The notes under the pieces are model-generated. The model searched no databases. It was given only the letters and a program-made list of their open reading frames with translations, and had not been told where the DNA came from. This document shows positions 53,801-64,000 of a stretch of DNA of 64,000 nucleotides, piece by piece. The stretch's first letter is position 1, and every line of letters starts with the position of its first letter. Origin of the DNA: Enoplolaimus lenunculus (lineage: Eukaryota); contig JASANG010002214.1 of NCBI GenBank assembly GCA_030248215.1, positions 434,001 to 498,000 of the forward strand, in the 5' to 3' direction. The position numbers and the translations under genes were made by a program.

Positions 53801-56800
53801 GATATAATTTCAAGGTAAGATTCGATTCGCAGTCTCACGGGTTGGAGGTGTTTACGATGACCACTGAGCTATAGGAGCTTGACGCTCGAGCTCGAGTAGG
53901 CTCTCACGTCTTGTGGAGATTTTGCACTGCGCATATATGTTATAAATGTTAAACACTGCTCGCATTGTGTGTATTGCTCGAACATTATTGCATTTAGTTG
54001 CTCATAGTATACTCTATGAGTGAAAGGGTTATAGATACTAAGTAAGAATTTTTTCATTAACCCTTTCTCACATGAATATTTTCAATTTCATATGAGATGT
54101 AATTTCAAGGTGAGATTCGATCCCCAGTCTCACTGGTGGGAGGCGTTTACGACGACCACTGAGTTATAGGAGCTTGACGCTCGAGCCCGAGTAGGCTCTC
54201 ACGTCTTGTGTAGATTTTGTACTGCGCATATATGTTATAAATGTTAAACACTGCTCGCAGTGTGTGTATTGCTCGAACATTATTGTATTTAGTTGCTCAT
54301 AGTATACTCTATGAGTGAAAGGGTTAAGTGAAAATAAGTACCTTATATGAGATTGAAGCATGCGTTCCATTCGTTTAAAAAATGCACGCGACGTATAATA
54401 ACCGGTCCAAAACTCGTATTCGTTGTCCGAATACGGAAAGAAATCTCCAGTCAGTCGTCGAATTTGTTGCTGCGGCCATACGTCTTTAATCGAGTTGAAA
54501 TATTCAGAAATTGTTCCGAATTTCATCTAAAATCAGCACAAAAAACGATCAAAAATTTATATTCCAAATAAGCAAAACGTCCCATGTTTATGAGTATATG
54601 AAAACTTCGGTGTGTGTGTGTGTGCTTAATTCCGTCTGTAACAAAGCCAAGTTTGTAACTGTCGGTAAATTGAACGAAATATTAATGCCTGAATAGGTTT
54701 TGGTTATCTTTTCACGGGTCTAAGAGCTCCCACTCATCGGATCGATACAGTCACTTCTCTTAGTGTTATTTGAGTAAAATCGTTTATCATCAAATGCTTT
54801 TGTAAGAATTACCCACATGCACTTTTAAGTCAACGAAGTATTCCTTATAGAACCATTTCGAAAATTAGGCTTCGGTTATAGTCGAGCCTGAACAACAAGC
54901 CACGAATTAATATTAACACTGTGACGGTGCTCCAAACCCAAATTGGTCTATCCAGAAATGTCGGGAAGATATATCTCAAATAGTTAATTGATTACGACAA
55001 TAATAACAATATTGTTAAGCTAACACGGACAGCGCTGTAAACCGAATTAGTGACATTTTACCGCCGGACGACTTATCATCCGACAGTGCTATAAGCTCCT
55101 GAGTGTAAGCATAAGCCAAAGCTTAATGGTTGCCGACAAATAGTTGTTGAGTCAACCAGTTGTCGATCTATCAGTTATCGGTCGTCGAGTTGTCGGGCGA
55201 TGAATTGTCCTGATATTGTTCTAACCTCAGCGTTGAGCTCTTGAGCTCTAGGATCGTGATTTACAAAATCCATAATGAGTTTGAAATTTTCATACTGATC
55301 CGACCATTCCACTTGATCCAAATAGCGAAAATCATCACCCAACATAAACAACACATGGTTATGTTTGTAGTTGTCCGCCATTTGACGCAACTGATTTATT
55401 AGCATAGTTGCTCTAGAATTAGCGTCGTAAATACGTTTTAGGCAAAAATTCAAAACTAAAAAATCTGGCATCATCCAGCAGCGAATGTTGGGATCATGTC
55501 ACTGCTACACTACTGCAATTACAGCACTCGCGAAATACGCCAGTTGGCACCCTCTTAGGTAATCTTTTCTTCCCCTGTCGGCAAAAATATATCGACAGCA
55601 TTAAATGTATTTTGTAAGAAAAAAATTTTGTCCCTAAAATCTACATGCTTATGTGCTAATAACTGCGGATTGCGCGCCTGCACTGTTACTAAACCATGTA
55701 CATCTCAGCTTTGGCCAAGTTTAGACCTACAATTATTGTTAGTTTGGTTGGACAGCCAATTTTTGTTTCTGCTCTTTTTTTCGACGAGTATTCGTGTTTA
55801 AATTGAAACAAAACTGTTATCTGTTCATTTGAAGTTTGAGTTTATGGAACAAAATAGCAAAACACATGCTGCGTACTTTACTTTGACGTTTTCTTTCGAA
55901 ATAACCACTGGCGACGGACCTGGACATTGGTATTTTTTGAGGCGTCGAAAGTCAAATTGACAACACACCGTTGGATCAGGACCACACGAATTTAAAACGT
56001 CGTAATGACCGTAGGGTAACGAGCGAACGAACGTATCGAATACTCCTCGGACATCTGTGAATCGTTTTTAAGTTGGTATTAGCAAGAGTCGATGATGCAT
56101 TACTTTAACAAGAGTGCGCAACTGGGTACATTCTGTGTAGAAAAAAATGTACTCGGGACGCGTTGCGTTTTAGCCTTACTCGCCTCTATTGAGAGGGGGT
56201 ACAACCGTGGCGAACCATGACCCTTTATGTATGCGGCGTCAAGCATGGTTCCCTTTATAGTTTAGTTTAGGGGTATTCATTTGATAACGATGCCCCGCTA
56301 TGCAAGGGTGGGTTCGCCTAAAACGCAACGCCAGGTGGTGCATTTTGCACCATTCGGAACCCCAAGAGTCGCACACTATTGTCATAATCCACTCTTGGTA
56401 TTAGCAAGAGCGAACTATGCACGATTTTTGACACGAGTATGCAGCTACTCAACTAAGTACATTCCTTACCGAGGAAGATGCCCAGGTCGAGTTACGTTTG
56501 TGTTTAACGCCCTTCATCTCTGGGTAGTTACCGTTTCGTAAGTGATACAATCTCAGATATTCTGCACGATGTTAATATACTTTTAATATTCTTTGCTAAA
56601 ATTGTCATTTTTCACGTAGCTTTGAACGGAGAAGAAAAGGCAAAAATACAACGTGCGACGGAACATTTTGGATCATCCAAATTACGGTTAGCTGCATACT
56701 TTTGTTTAAAATTAATCTTCCATAAAGGCGAACGTCAGCGGGGTTTCAAGTGTCAAAGCTCAAAAATCCTTTGCAACACAAGAACTCCATTTGAAGTTTT

Positions 56801-59800
56801 TATTGAACGTAACCCCCTTTTTTCTAAATCATGGCTACGCGCATAGTCATCCACCCATACTATTACTTTTAGCATCTCCAAAGTGTAACACTAATTCTAG
56901 TAATGATTGAGGCCAATGTAAAGAACAGGGGCGGCACAGTATTATAAACATATTCCTAAGCCTAAGCCTATTAAACCTAGGTGTAAGAATGACAATATTC
57001 CTAAACCTAAGTTCAAGTCTAAAGCCTCAGCCAAGCAAAAAAATTTGTCTAAAACTTAAGCTTACCCTATTCTAGTCCCACAGAAGAACTTTACGCTCCT
57101 GATCTTTACATGGGCTATGACTGACAACAAAATGTCGAGTCGACAAGATTTCAGATTACAAGATGTCGGGCGACAAATTGTCGTGATACCGTATAAATTG
57201 GCGTTCGTTATTCCGGTTTATTCAATAGCCTCTGTTTTAGTAGGTTCCTCCATGATGGCCTGCATTACGTAATCAGAGGCGGATTCAAAAATTTCTGACG
57301 GGGAGGGCGGACTGGCCAAATGTTTCGAAACGCAAAAATTGTAAGGTGGGACGTTACCATTTAATATCACAAAAAATTTCTGATGGTAAAAATTGTAAGG
57401 TAGGGACCATTTTATCCAAATAAATTTCAGACGGTGACGCGTACGCGTCCCCTCTATCGATTCCATTGCCAGCGATGGGCGGTCTCGGTCTCGTTTTTTG
57501 ACCGAAAACCACCCATTCCTGCCGATAGTGCACATAATTGCGGCCCGATCTGTATAACATTCTGCCGCATACCCCAAGTTTGACGCCAAAGGAATTCTAA
57601 ATCGTGATGGGAGCTCAAAAATTGTTTGATGCCCAATCGAATACGACCTACAACCAGTTGAGTAATTCCGGCTTTTTGAAGCAAAAATGGCATCGTTGGC
57701 GAATAACCGAATGGATCGTTTGACCACGATGTGTTCGGAACAACTCCTAAAAAAACCATTTCGGCAAACAAAATTCAACATTTTGTGCATTTCATGCAAA
57801 ATGCCCTTTTATTCAGCTGAAAACAAATTGTTTCGAAAAATACATAGCTAAATTTACTCGGATAATATCATTTCAAGTTTCCCCCCATGGTATCAATTGA
57901 AGTTCCTTTTTAGTTGTTGGGGTCAATCTTCAATTGATCCCAAATCTTTCCGCAGTATTTATTAATGAAATCTTTAGAATCATATTGTCTCAATTATATG
58001 TAGCACCTATTAATCAAACAAAATTGGAGTAAAAATAAAAGAACCAGGACAGCTAAGCAATCTGAAATTATGTATTATACGGTGGGTTGAACGCAAAAAT
58101 GAGTTTTATATTCAATCTCAACGTTTACTACTGGTTCAAAAGTTACACGACCTATTACCAACGCGTGATTGATGGTTTGGAACCAGCGTTAAACTTTCGA
58201 CTTGCATGAGGGGAAAGGTATAAGGGCAAGAGCAAAGAATAGAAGTTACTTAGTTCATTTACCTAAAGCGTTTGATAGAAATTGATGACCTTCAATTAAA
58301 TTATCAATTGTTGCCCAGTAATACGGCACCGCTTCGTCTGTCATTGTCCACGCACCAGTCAGCAAATCAAACTGGCCGTTGCGGACGAGTCTTAAAAGTG
58401 AAAAAACTAACCAATTGCAAGCTGGTTAGGGGTATATCTAAACAGGCCATGGGGAAGCTGGCCTGTTGAATGAGATTGAGATTAATTTCATCCGTTATCA
58501 CCAAGTTAATAAGTTCAGCTAAGTTGATTTCTGATTAGTACGACCAGAGGTGGAACCGCCTATTACATGGCTCTGCGGCCAATAGCCAGAACCGTGGACC
58601 CATGTATAGAACGGGGCCGGATCGTTTTCTGGAGGGGTTATAATAGAGTCAGCTTAAAAGCTTTAGGCTATTTTTTGCTTAGGCTTAGGTCTAGAAATAA
58701 ACTCATCCATAGGCTTAGGCTTTGGAATATGGTTATACTAGTGTTCCGGTCCTGTTCTATACATGGGCCGAACCGCCGTAGTAGGCATGGCGACAAGACA
58801 GGTTTGACCGGCATAGCTTGCCACAAACATGTTTTTGATGTCGAAAATTCGATGGTACAATGAGATTCAGTAGACAATCAAATGCTCTTTAATCGAAGTT
58901 CCTATCTGGCAAGGCTGCTTGTACTAAAATTGAATTTTTGAAAATATTTCATTTTGACTGCATCAATTGCAACAATTTACATAACAGCGGCAGTAAAACC
59001 AGAATTGAAAACAACGGCAGCCATGGCGAGGCTCGGTTTTTCCTTGTTCAACGGCAGCCATGGCGAGGATCGGTTGGTTTTGCGGCCGACTGGCCCGGCC
59101 GTTTTTTCCTTGTTCAACGGCAGCCATGGCGAGGCTCGGTTGGTTTTGCGGCCGACTGGCCCGGCCGTTTTTTCCTTGTTCAACGGCAGCCATGGCGAGG
59201 CTCGGTTGGTTTTGCGGCCGGCTGGCCCGGCCGTTTTTTCCTTGTTCAACGGCAGCCATGGCGAGGCTCGGTTTTTCCTTGTTCAACGGCAGCCATGGCG
59301 AGGATCGGTTGGTTTTGCGGCCGACTGGCCCGGCCGTTTTTTCCTTGTTCAACGGCAGCCATGGCGAGGCTCGGTTGGTTTTGCGGCCGACTGGCCCGGC
59401 CGTTTTTTCCTTGTTCAACGGCAGCCATGGCGAGGCTCGGTTGGTTTTGCGGCCGACTGGCCCGGCCGTTTTTTCCTTGTTCAACGGCAGCCATGGCGAG
59501 GCTCGGTTGGTTTTGCTGCCGACTGGCCCGGCCGTTTTTTCCTTGTTCAACGGCAGCCATGGCGAGGCTCGGTTGGTTTTGCGGTCGACTGGCCCGGCCG
59601 TTTTTTCCTTGTTCAACGGCAGCCATGGCGAGGCTCGGTTGGTTTTGCGGCCGACTGGCCCGGCCGTTTTTTCCTTGTTCAACGGCAGCCATGGCGAGGC
59701 TCGGTTGGTTTTGCTGCCGACTGGCCCGGCCGTTTTTTCCTTGTTCAACGGCAGCCATGGCGAGGCTCGGTTGGTTTTGCGGCCGGCTGGCCCGGCCGTT

Positions 59801-62800
59801 TTTTCCTTGTTCAACGGCAGCCATGGCGAGGCTCGGTTTTTCCTTGTTCAACGGCAGCCATGGCGAGGATCGGTTGGTTTTGCGGCCGACCGGCCCGGCC
59901 GTTTTTTCCTTGTTCAACGGCAGCCATGGCGAGGCTCGGTTGGTTTTGCGGCCGACTGGCCCGGCCGTTTTTTCCTTGTTCAACGGCAGCCATGGCGAGG
60001 CTCGGTTGGTTTTGCGGCCGGCTGGCCCGGCCGTTTTTTCCTTGTTCAACGGCAGCCATGGCGAGGCTCGGTTGGTTTTGCTGCCGACTGGCCCGGCCGT
60101 GTTTTCATTGTTCAACGGCAGCCATGGCAGCTGGTTGGTTTTGCGGCCTGCCCGGCCGTTTTTTCCTTGTTCAACGGCAGCCATGGCGAGGCTCGGTGGT
60201 TTGCGGCCACTGGCCCGGCCGTTTTTCCTTTTCAAGGCAGCCAGGCAGGCTGTTGGTTTTGCTCATGGCCCGCCTTTTTCCTTTCAACGGCAGCCATGGC
60301 GATTCTCGGTTGGTTTTGCGGTCGACTGGCCCGGCCGTTTTTTCCTTGTTCAACGGCAGCCATGGCGAGGCTCGGTTGGTTTTGCGGCCGGCTCGCCCGG
60401 CCGTTTTTTCCTGGTTTAATTTTGACCCGAACGCATGCTTACTTGATGAGTTTTGCTCGACGTTGTTCGCTGGACGTCGACCACCATTGCTCGAGGAAGC
60501 ATATTTCTGCCCACATAAACGTCATATCCGGATGTTCCGTAAGAAAATCGACTGCCAAATCAATGGTTCGGTTTGTCTTCACAAAGTAACCGCTGAATGT
60601 TTCAAGCCAACCTTGAAAATCAAATACAAGAAGCGGCTCAAAAATTTTCAACAGGGGCATTCAAGTGTATCTAATGACTTACAAGCAAGGTTTAAAATTT
60701 GCTAGGGGGGAGGCAAAATTTTTCCAAGGAGGGCTGAGCCCCCTGCCTACGGGCCCCACCGAAAGGATTGCAGCTATTTCGAACTTTAGTCTAAAATTAA
60801 CTCAGTCAAAGATCAACTTTCAAGCCATAAATCTTCAAACCAGTGGTTAACCACTCAGTGAATTGTTCATTTTTAGCATTTAATTAGTACAATCGTATTT
60901 TAGCATATAACCAAATACAAGTAATTACAGCAAAGGCACGCAAAAAAATTAAAGGCACAGCAAATTTTGGTCAACACAACATTTTGATGGGCCAAATAAA
61001 TTTCTGCATGGACAGCGAGACTGACCACAACAGGGCGGTGTCTTCCTGATGTCCACCGCTTCATAGTGGCTGTCCTGATTTCACTTGTAAACAAATTTAC
61101 AATCATAAATACCTGGATCAACATGGCTATGCGGAACAACAAAGATCTTCAACCTTTGAGGTTTCAACTGCATTATACTGTTGGCAAACATGATCTGATT
61201 TGCAGCTTGACGATACACAATGTCTCCATTATAGTCATTCGCTCCTATGTTTTCTTTTATTTTTAACGTCTGCAATTTGATTAAATTATGATTTAGCTGC
61301 ATAATTTGGCTCCGGTTAAGATTAATTAATGAAAAAAGCGACATTGAACACTAATTACATAAAATACAGTTAACCAAAGCTCGCGTTATCAAAAATTAAA
61401 AATTTAAAAAAATTTGTTTAAATTAAATTTTCATTTAACGTAAACGAAACGACGACTTACCGATATTTCAGCTTCAACCACTTTCGGATGAATGCAAACA
61501 GGATATCTGAAACATCAAAATAAGCTTAACCAGTGAAATTTCTTCAAAAGTCACTCTGATAGTTTCCATGCCCCAACCGATGATGTTTGACCAAAAGTTA
61601 CAAGTTACGTTGTCTTGCATTAAGTCACTTGGTAATTCGTTATTGCATTACACTCACTATATACTATTTGATTCGCGTGGTTAATTTAATAGGTTTCGTT
61701 TTGTTCTCCAGTGTCGGAGTTCAACATAAGCGTCCACACAGAGGATCCACTGAGGAACGTTGATCACCCTTAATTTTCAAGATTGCGTGCCCTGTACGCA
61801 GGCCCGTTAGCCAGCTCATCTTGTCGGGGGGGACTAAATTTTAAGGCATACATGGCTTTTGGTTCACTTACAAGCAAGATTGAATTGACTACGTGCGTGT
61901 TTCTTGGGATCCATAGGTCCCTAAAGCCGCATTGTAGTTTATTGATCAAAAAAACTGATAGACAGGTTTGTGGGTCGCTCAGGATCACCGCCACCACCCT
62001 CATACCCTCGATATGGACAGCTTCACCCCAAAAAGGGTCCCCACAACAAAGAGGGGGCCACATCGTAACAAGATTTGAAACAAAAAATTTGAAAAATATT
62101 TTGATCATCGCGAAAAGTCGCCACCCCGGAATTGTGAGGACAGGGGCATCCTAGCCTGCTGCGGCACTGAGGTCCCTGTCTTAGTAAAATAAACTCTTTC
62201 ACTAAGCAACATCTAAGACGAATTAGTAAAAAAATTGAAACACCAAGCGCGTTCAATTGGCTGTTTTCAACTTGTTCTCTGCTCGCAGGGATGTTAAGAA
62301 AAAGCGGTGAGTTCCACAGCAATTAAATTAGGAATGCTGCATTTTGCCAATTTCCGTTGAACTTCTTACTGTTTTGTTTCTTCGCCGGGTAAATTGGAAG
62401 CTGTTTGTACCGAGTTCAAGTTGTTGTCCTAAAATATTTCATTATTAAAAAGTCTAAAAACCACATGATATTTACTGAAATTAATGTGAACATTTAAAAT
62501 TTTTTTGACATCACACCCAAGCTTCAAGTAATTAATTTTACGAATAAACTTCAAAATCATTTCTAAACATCGTTCAAATACCTTTTGTTTAAATCTTTAT
62601 CACATACTTATTATTAACGCCTTCTGTAGATACTCAACTTTAAGCCGGAATTTTAACTCCGGGTTCCAACGATTTATGCTGTCACAGTTTCACGTATTGC
62701 ACAGATTTAGAACTGCTCATCGCGTAATGATTGCTAAATGCACATCGTGAAGTATGTATTACTTCACGTTAGGATACAGTTGCACGCTACCTGTGGGTAC

Positions 62801-63258
62801 CCGTGGGTAAACGCGAACCGGTAAGAAAATTTTGAATCGGGTATACCCGCCGCTAAACAGTTTCAAAAACCTGTTTTTACCGTATCGCATGAGTATGAAA
62901 CAACTAGCGAGTGACATATCAATGCACTGTAAAATTACACAATTGTATTGAACGCAATAGAAAAAATACGCGCGGGTAACGGTAAAACAATTTTGCGCGT
63001 GGTATACCAGCAGGTAAAAAAATTCAGCGGGTAAAGCGCATCGCGGGTAAAAAAATCATTACCCACTTACATCCCTGCGTGCGCAATTAGCACAATTTTG
63101 GATATGCAAGAAAAAGATATTAATGGATTGCTGTTGTTGCTGAGTCAAATGTTTACCTTATTGGTCACCGGTTGCTTGCGAAATATCACAACAAACGCTA
63201 CAGTTGTCGTGAGTATAATCGAAATAAGCGTACGAATTACGATTCGACCTCGAATCAT
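41897..63258 (-). CDS. Golgi alpha-mannosidase II family enzyme (GH38; MAN2A/aman-2/aman-3-like), type II membrane protein, 23 exons, 1075 aa
   Basis: Minus-strand exons: 63157-63258 (MIRGRIVIRTLISIILTTTVAFVVIFRK, TM anchor), 62370-62428, 61461-61506, 61113-61269 (VVPHSHVDPG), 60443-60611 (W..FMWAE), 58263-58390 (GAWTMTDEA..LIEGHQ), 57573-57746 (WSNDPFGYS), 55877-56054 (CGPDPTVCCQFDFRR), 55226-55412 (LGDDFRY), 54342-54526 (GDFFPY..FWTGYYTSRAFFK), 53274-53459 (LFQHHDAITGT), 52619-52739, 51975-52039, 50916-51084, 49464-49588, 47634-47730, 46722-46829 (GAYIF), 45621-45878 (FYTD.MG), 45056-45197 (NYYP), 44616-44749 (EVMLDR..QDDNRG), 43732-43834, 42727-42899, 41897-42058 (LQPMDLVTY..stop). Sum 3228 nt with consistent phases. 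The stem-region exons 2-3 are the least certain. Confidence 0.92.
42170..42474. mobile_element. hAT-like MITE (TIR CAGGGTRCARCCGG, CTCCGG repeats)
   Basis: Perfect TSD GAAAACAC. Related copies start at ~31138 and ~47876. Confidence 0.82.
44134..44488. mobile_element. hAT-like MITE (CAGGGTGTAA family)
   Basis: CAGAGTGTAACCGG ... TTTACACCTTG. Flanks GTACATGT / CTACATGT. Confidence 0.8.
48072..48508. repeat. ~73-bp minisatellite, 6 copies, within a CTCCGG-family MITE
   Basis: TTCTTA(A/C)AARTAAGCCTAAA starts at 48072, 48146, 48219, 48293, 48365 and 48439. Confidence 0.9.
49290..49457. mobile_element. MITE inserted in a mannosidase splice donor
   Basis: Perfect duplication (G)ACTTACGT(T) at 49281-49290 and 49457-49466. 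Right end TGGCTACAGGCCTG. Same family as 5234-5398. Confidence 0.8.
50559..50835. mobile_element. Second copy of the Harbinger-like MITE, interrupting an AT-rich minisatellite (~50455-50900)
   Basis: Colinear with 11661-11932 (CAGAACTTGCATTTTTTCATCAGCCA.., GGGATTTTGGACAAAACTTGCAAGTACAA). Confidence 0.75.
51792..51881. repeat. Near-perfect 42-bp-arm palindrome
   Basis: AGTAGTATATTAGGGACATTATAGACACA(T)CGGATTGCGGAT-ccgaga-ATCCGCAATCCG(C)TGTGTCTATAATGTCCCTAATATACTACT. Confidence 0.92.
53766..54028. mobile_element. piggyBac-type MITE, copy 1 (263 bp)
   Basis: TTAA|CCCTTTCTCACAT ... ATGAGTGAAAGGG|TTAT. Confidence 0.85.
54061..54323. mobile_element. piggyBac-type MITE, copy 2 (263 bp)
   Basis: TTAA|CCCTTTCTCACAT ... 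ATGAGTGAAAGGG|TTAA. Colinear and highly similar to copy 1. Confidence 0.88.
56083..56397. mobile_element. MITE with CAAGAG termini and 7-bp TSD (P-element-like)
   Basis: GTATTAG on both sides. Ends CAAGAGTCGATGAT ... ATAATCCACTCTTG. Related copies at ~8689-9015, ~47106-47415 and ~49640-49980. Confidence 0.7.
56911..57116. mobile_element. TTAGGC MITE subfamily B (TIR GGCCCATGTAAAGAWCAGGGGCG)
   Basis: TSD ATGATTGA / ATGACTGA. Related copies at ~7817-8008 and ~29294-29500 share GGAACGTT..TGGGACTAGAA. A further variant lies at ~40736-40907. Confidence 0.8.
58597..58769. mobile_element. TTAGGC MITE family A
   Basis: TIRs as above. Flanks GAACCGTG / GAACCGCC (6/8 match). Confidence 0.82.
59012..60412. 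repeat. GC-rich 66-bp tandem satellite (~22 units) in mannosidase intron 5
   Basis: Unit CGGCAGCCATGGCGAGGCTCGGTTGGTTTTGCGGCCGACTGGCCCGGCCGTTTTTTCCTTGTTCAA. 37-bp deletion units at 59015, 59250 and 59815. Confidence 0.97.
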
Positions 63259-64000
63259 TGTTGATGTTTAGTTTTGATTGTTGCTAATATTATTTTTAAA
63301 ACAATTTAAAATTGTTCAAAAATAATGAACATTTTTTTAACATTTAACTAAATTTCATGACACGTAAACGTGCCCCACACACGGCAGTGGGAAAACGTTC
63401 TGTATCTAATAGTATGTATCTTCAACGATATATTTATCATGAACCTTTATATCTTTCAACAATCACAAATGTGACGATTGTTTAGGATTAAGGTTAAATA
63501 TTGTAAAAAAATCTGAAAAATGCAGCAATTATTGAAATTAATAGAAGATAAATTTTGAAAAAGTGATATATTTTTCGTCAAACGTACAAAACAACCCAAA
63601 TGCAACATACACTAATCGCAACGATGCAAGTTGCACATGTGACTGATTAACAACGATGGGATCAAAACGGAATAAAATCTGTTCCGAGTATTAAATTGGC
63701 GAAATCCTCAGAAAATTTAGTTTCTTTCTACACCACTTAATAAATACGCAGTTGACTCGAAGGATACTAAAGTTTTTTTCATTGTCTTATCCACTGGCCT
63801 CAATCGAAGATCGAATTAGACTGATGATTTCGTCGTTGGCGATTGTCTAAACAGTTTATTCAAAACATCGGTTGCAACCCGGTACAGACAAAATAGCGAG
63901 AATTGACGAATCAGCTTCGCAAACTGTATCGAATGGTGGTGTAGAAATTGTGGAAGTTTTTTTGACAAATTTTGCGTTTGTACTTAAACGAAACCTTTGA

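Noticed and set aside
59012..60412. CRISPR-like or hammerhead-ribozyme satellite
   Set aside because: No unique spacers, eukaryotic context, and no CTGANGA...GAAA core on either strand of the unit.
58938..60705. Long overlapping ORFs (283-583 aa) on both strands
   Set aside because: Artefact of a stop-free 66-bp (22-codon) satellite inside a mannosidase intron. The only real coding part is the minus-strand exon 60443-60611.

Overview
AT-rich, intron-rich eukaryotic DNA, most likely nematode. This is inferred from TTAGGC telomere-type repeats, TTTCAG/TTTTAG acceptors and an NC1 domain close to C. elegans EMB-9. Three host genes can be spliced by hand: (1) a type IV collagen alpha-1 chain on +, 37 exons visible at 1162-28435 (~1740 aa), with the signal-peptide exon(s) upstream of the window; (2) mitochondrial endonuclease G on +, 7 exons at 30476-38339 (317 aa), including one GC-AG intron; (3) a Golgi alpha-mannosidase II-family GH38 enzyme on -, 23 exons at 63258-41897 (1075 aa), with catalytic residues intact but the GlcNAc anchor site apparently lost. 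A structurally complete piggyBac transposon (32973-35175) sits in EndoG intron 3. It has TTAA duplications, TIRs, three perfect copies of a 16-bp palindrome and a 568-aa DDD+CRD transposase. Introns are packed with MITE families: TTAGGC-carrying GG-ended elements with 8-bp TSDs, CAG-ended 8-bp-TSD elements (two of which duplicated splice donors), piggyBac-type, Harbinger-type and P-like. There are also foldback hairpins, minisatellites and a 1.4-kb GC-rich 66-bp satellite that explains the long ORFs at 59-60.7 kb. All calls come from manual reading; comparisons to reference proteins are from memory and need alignment.
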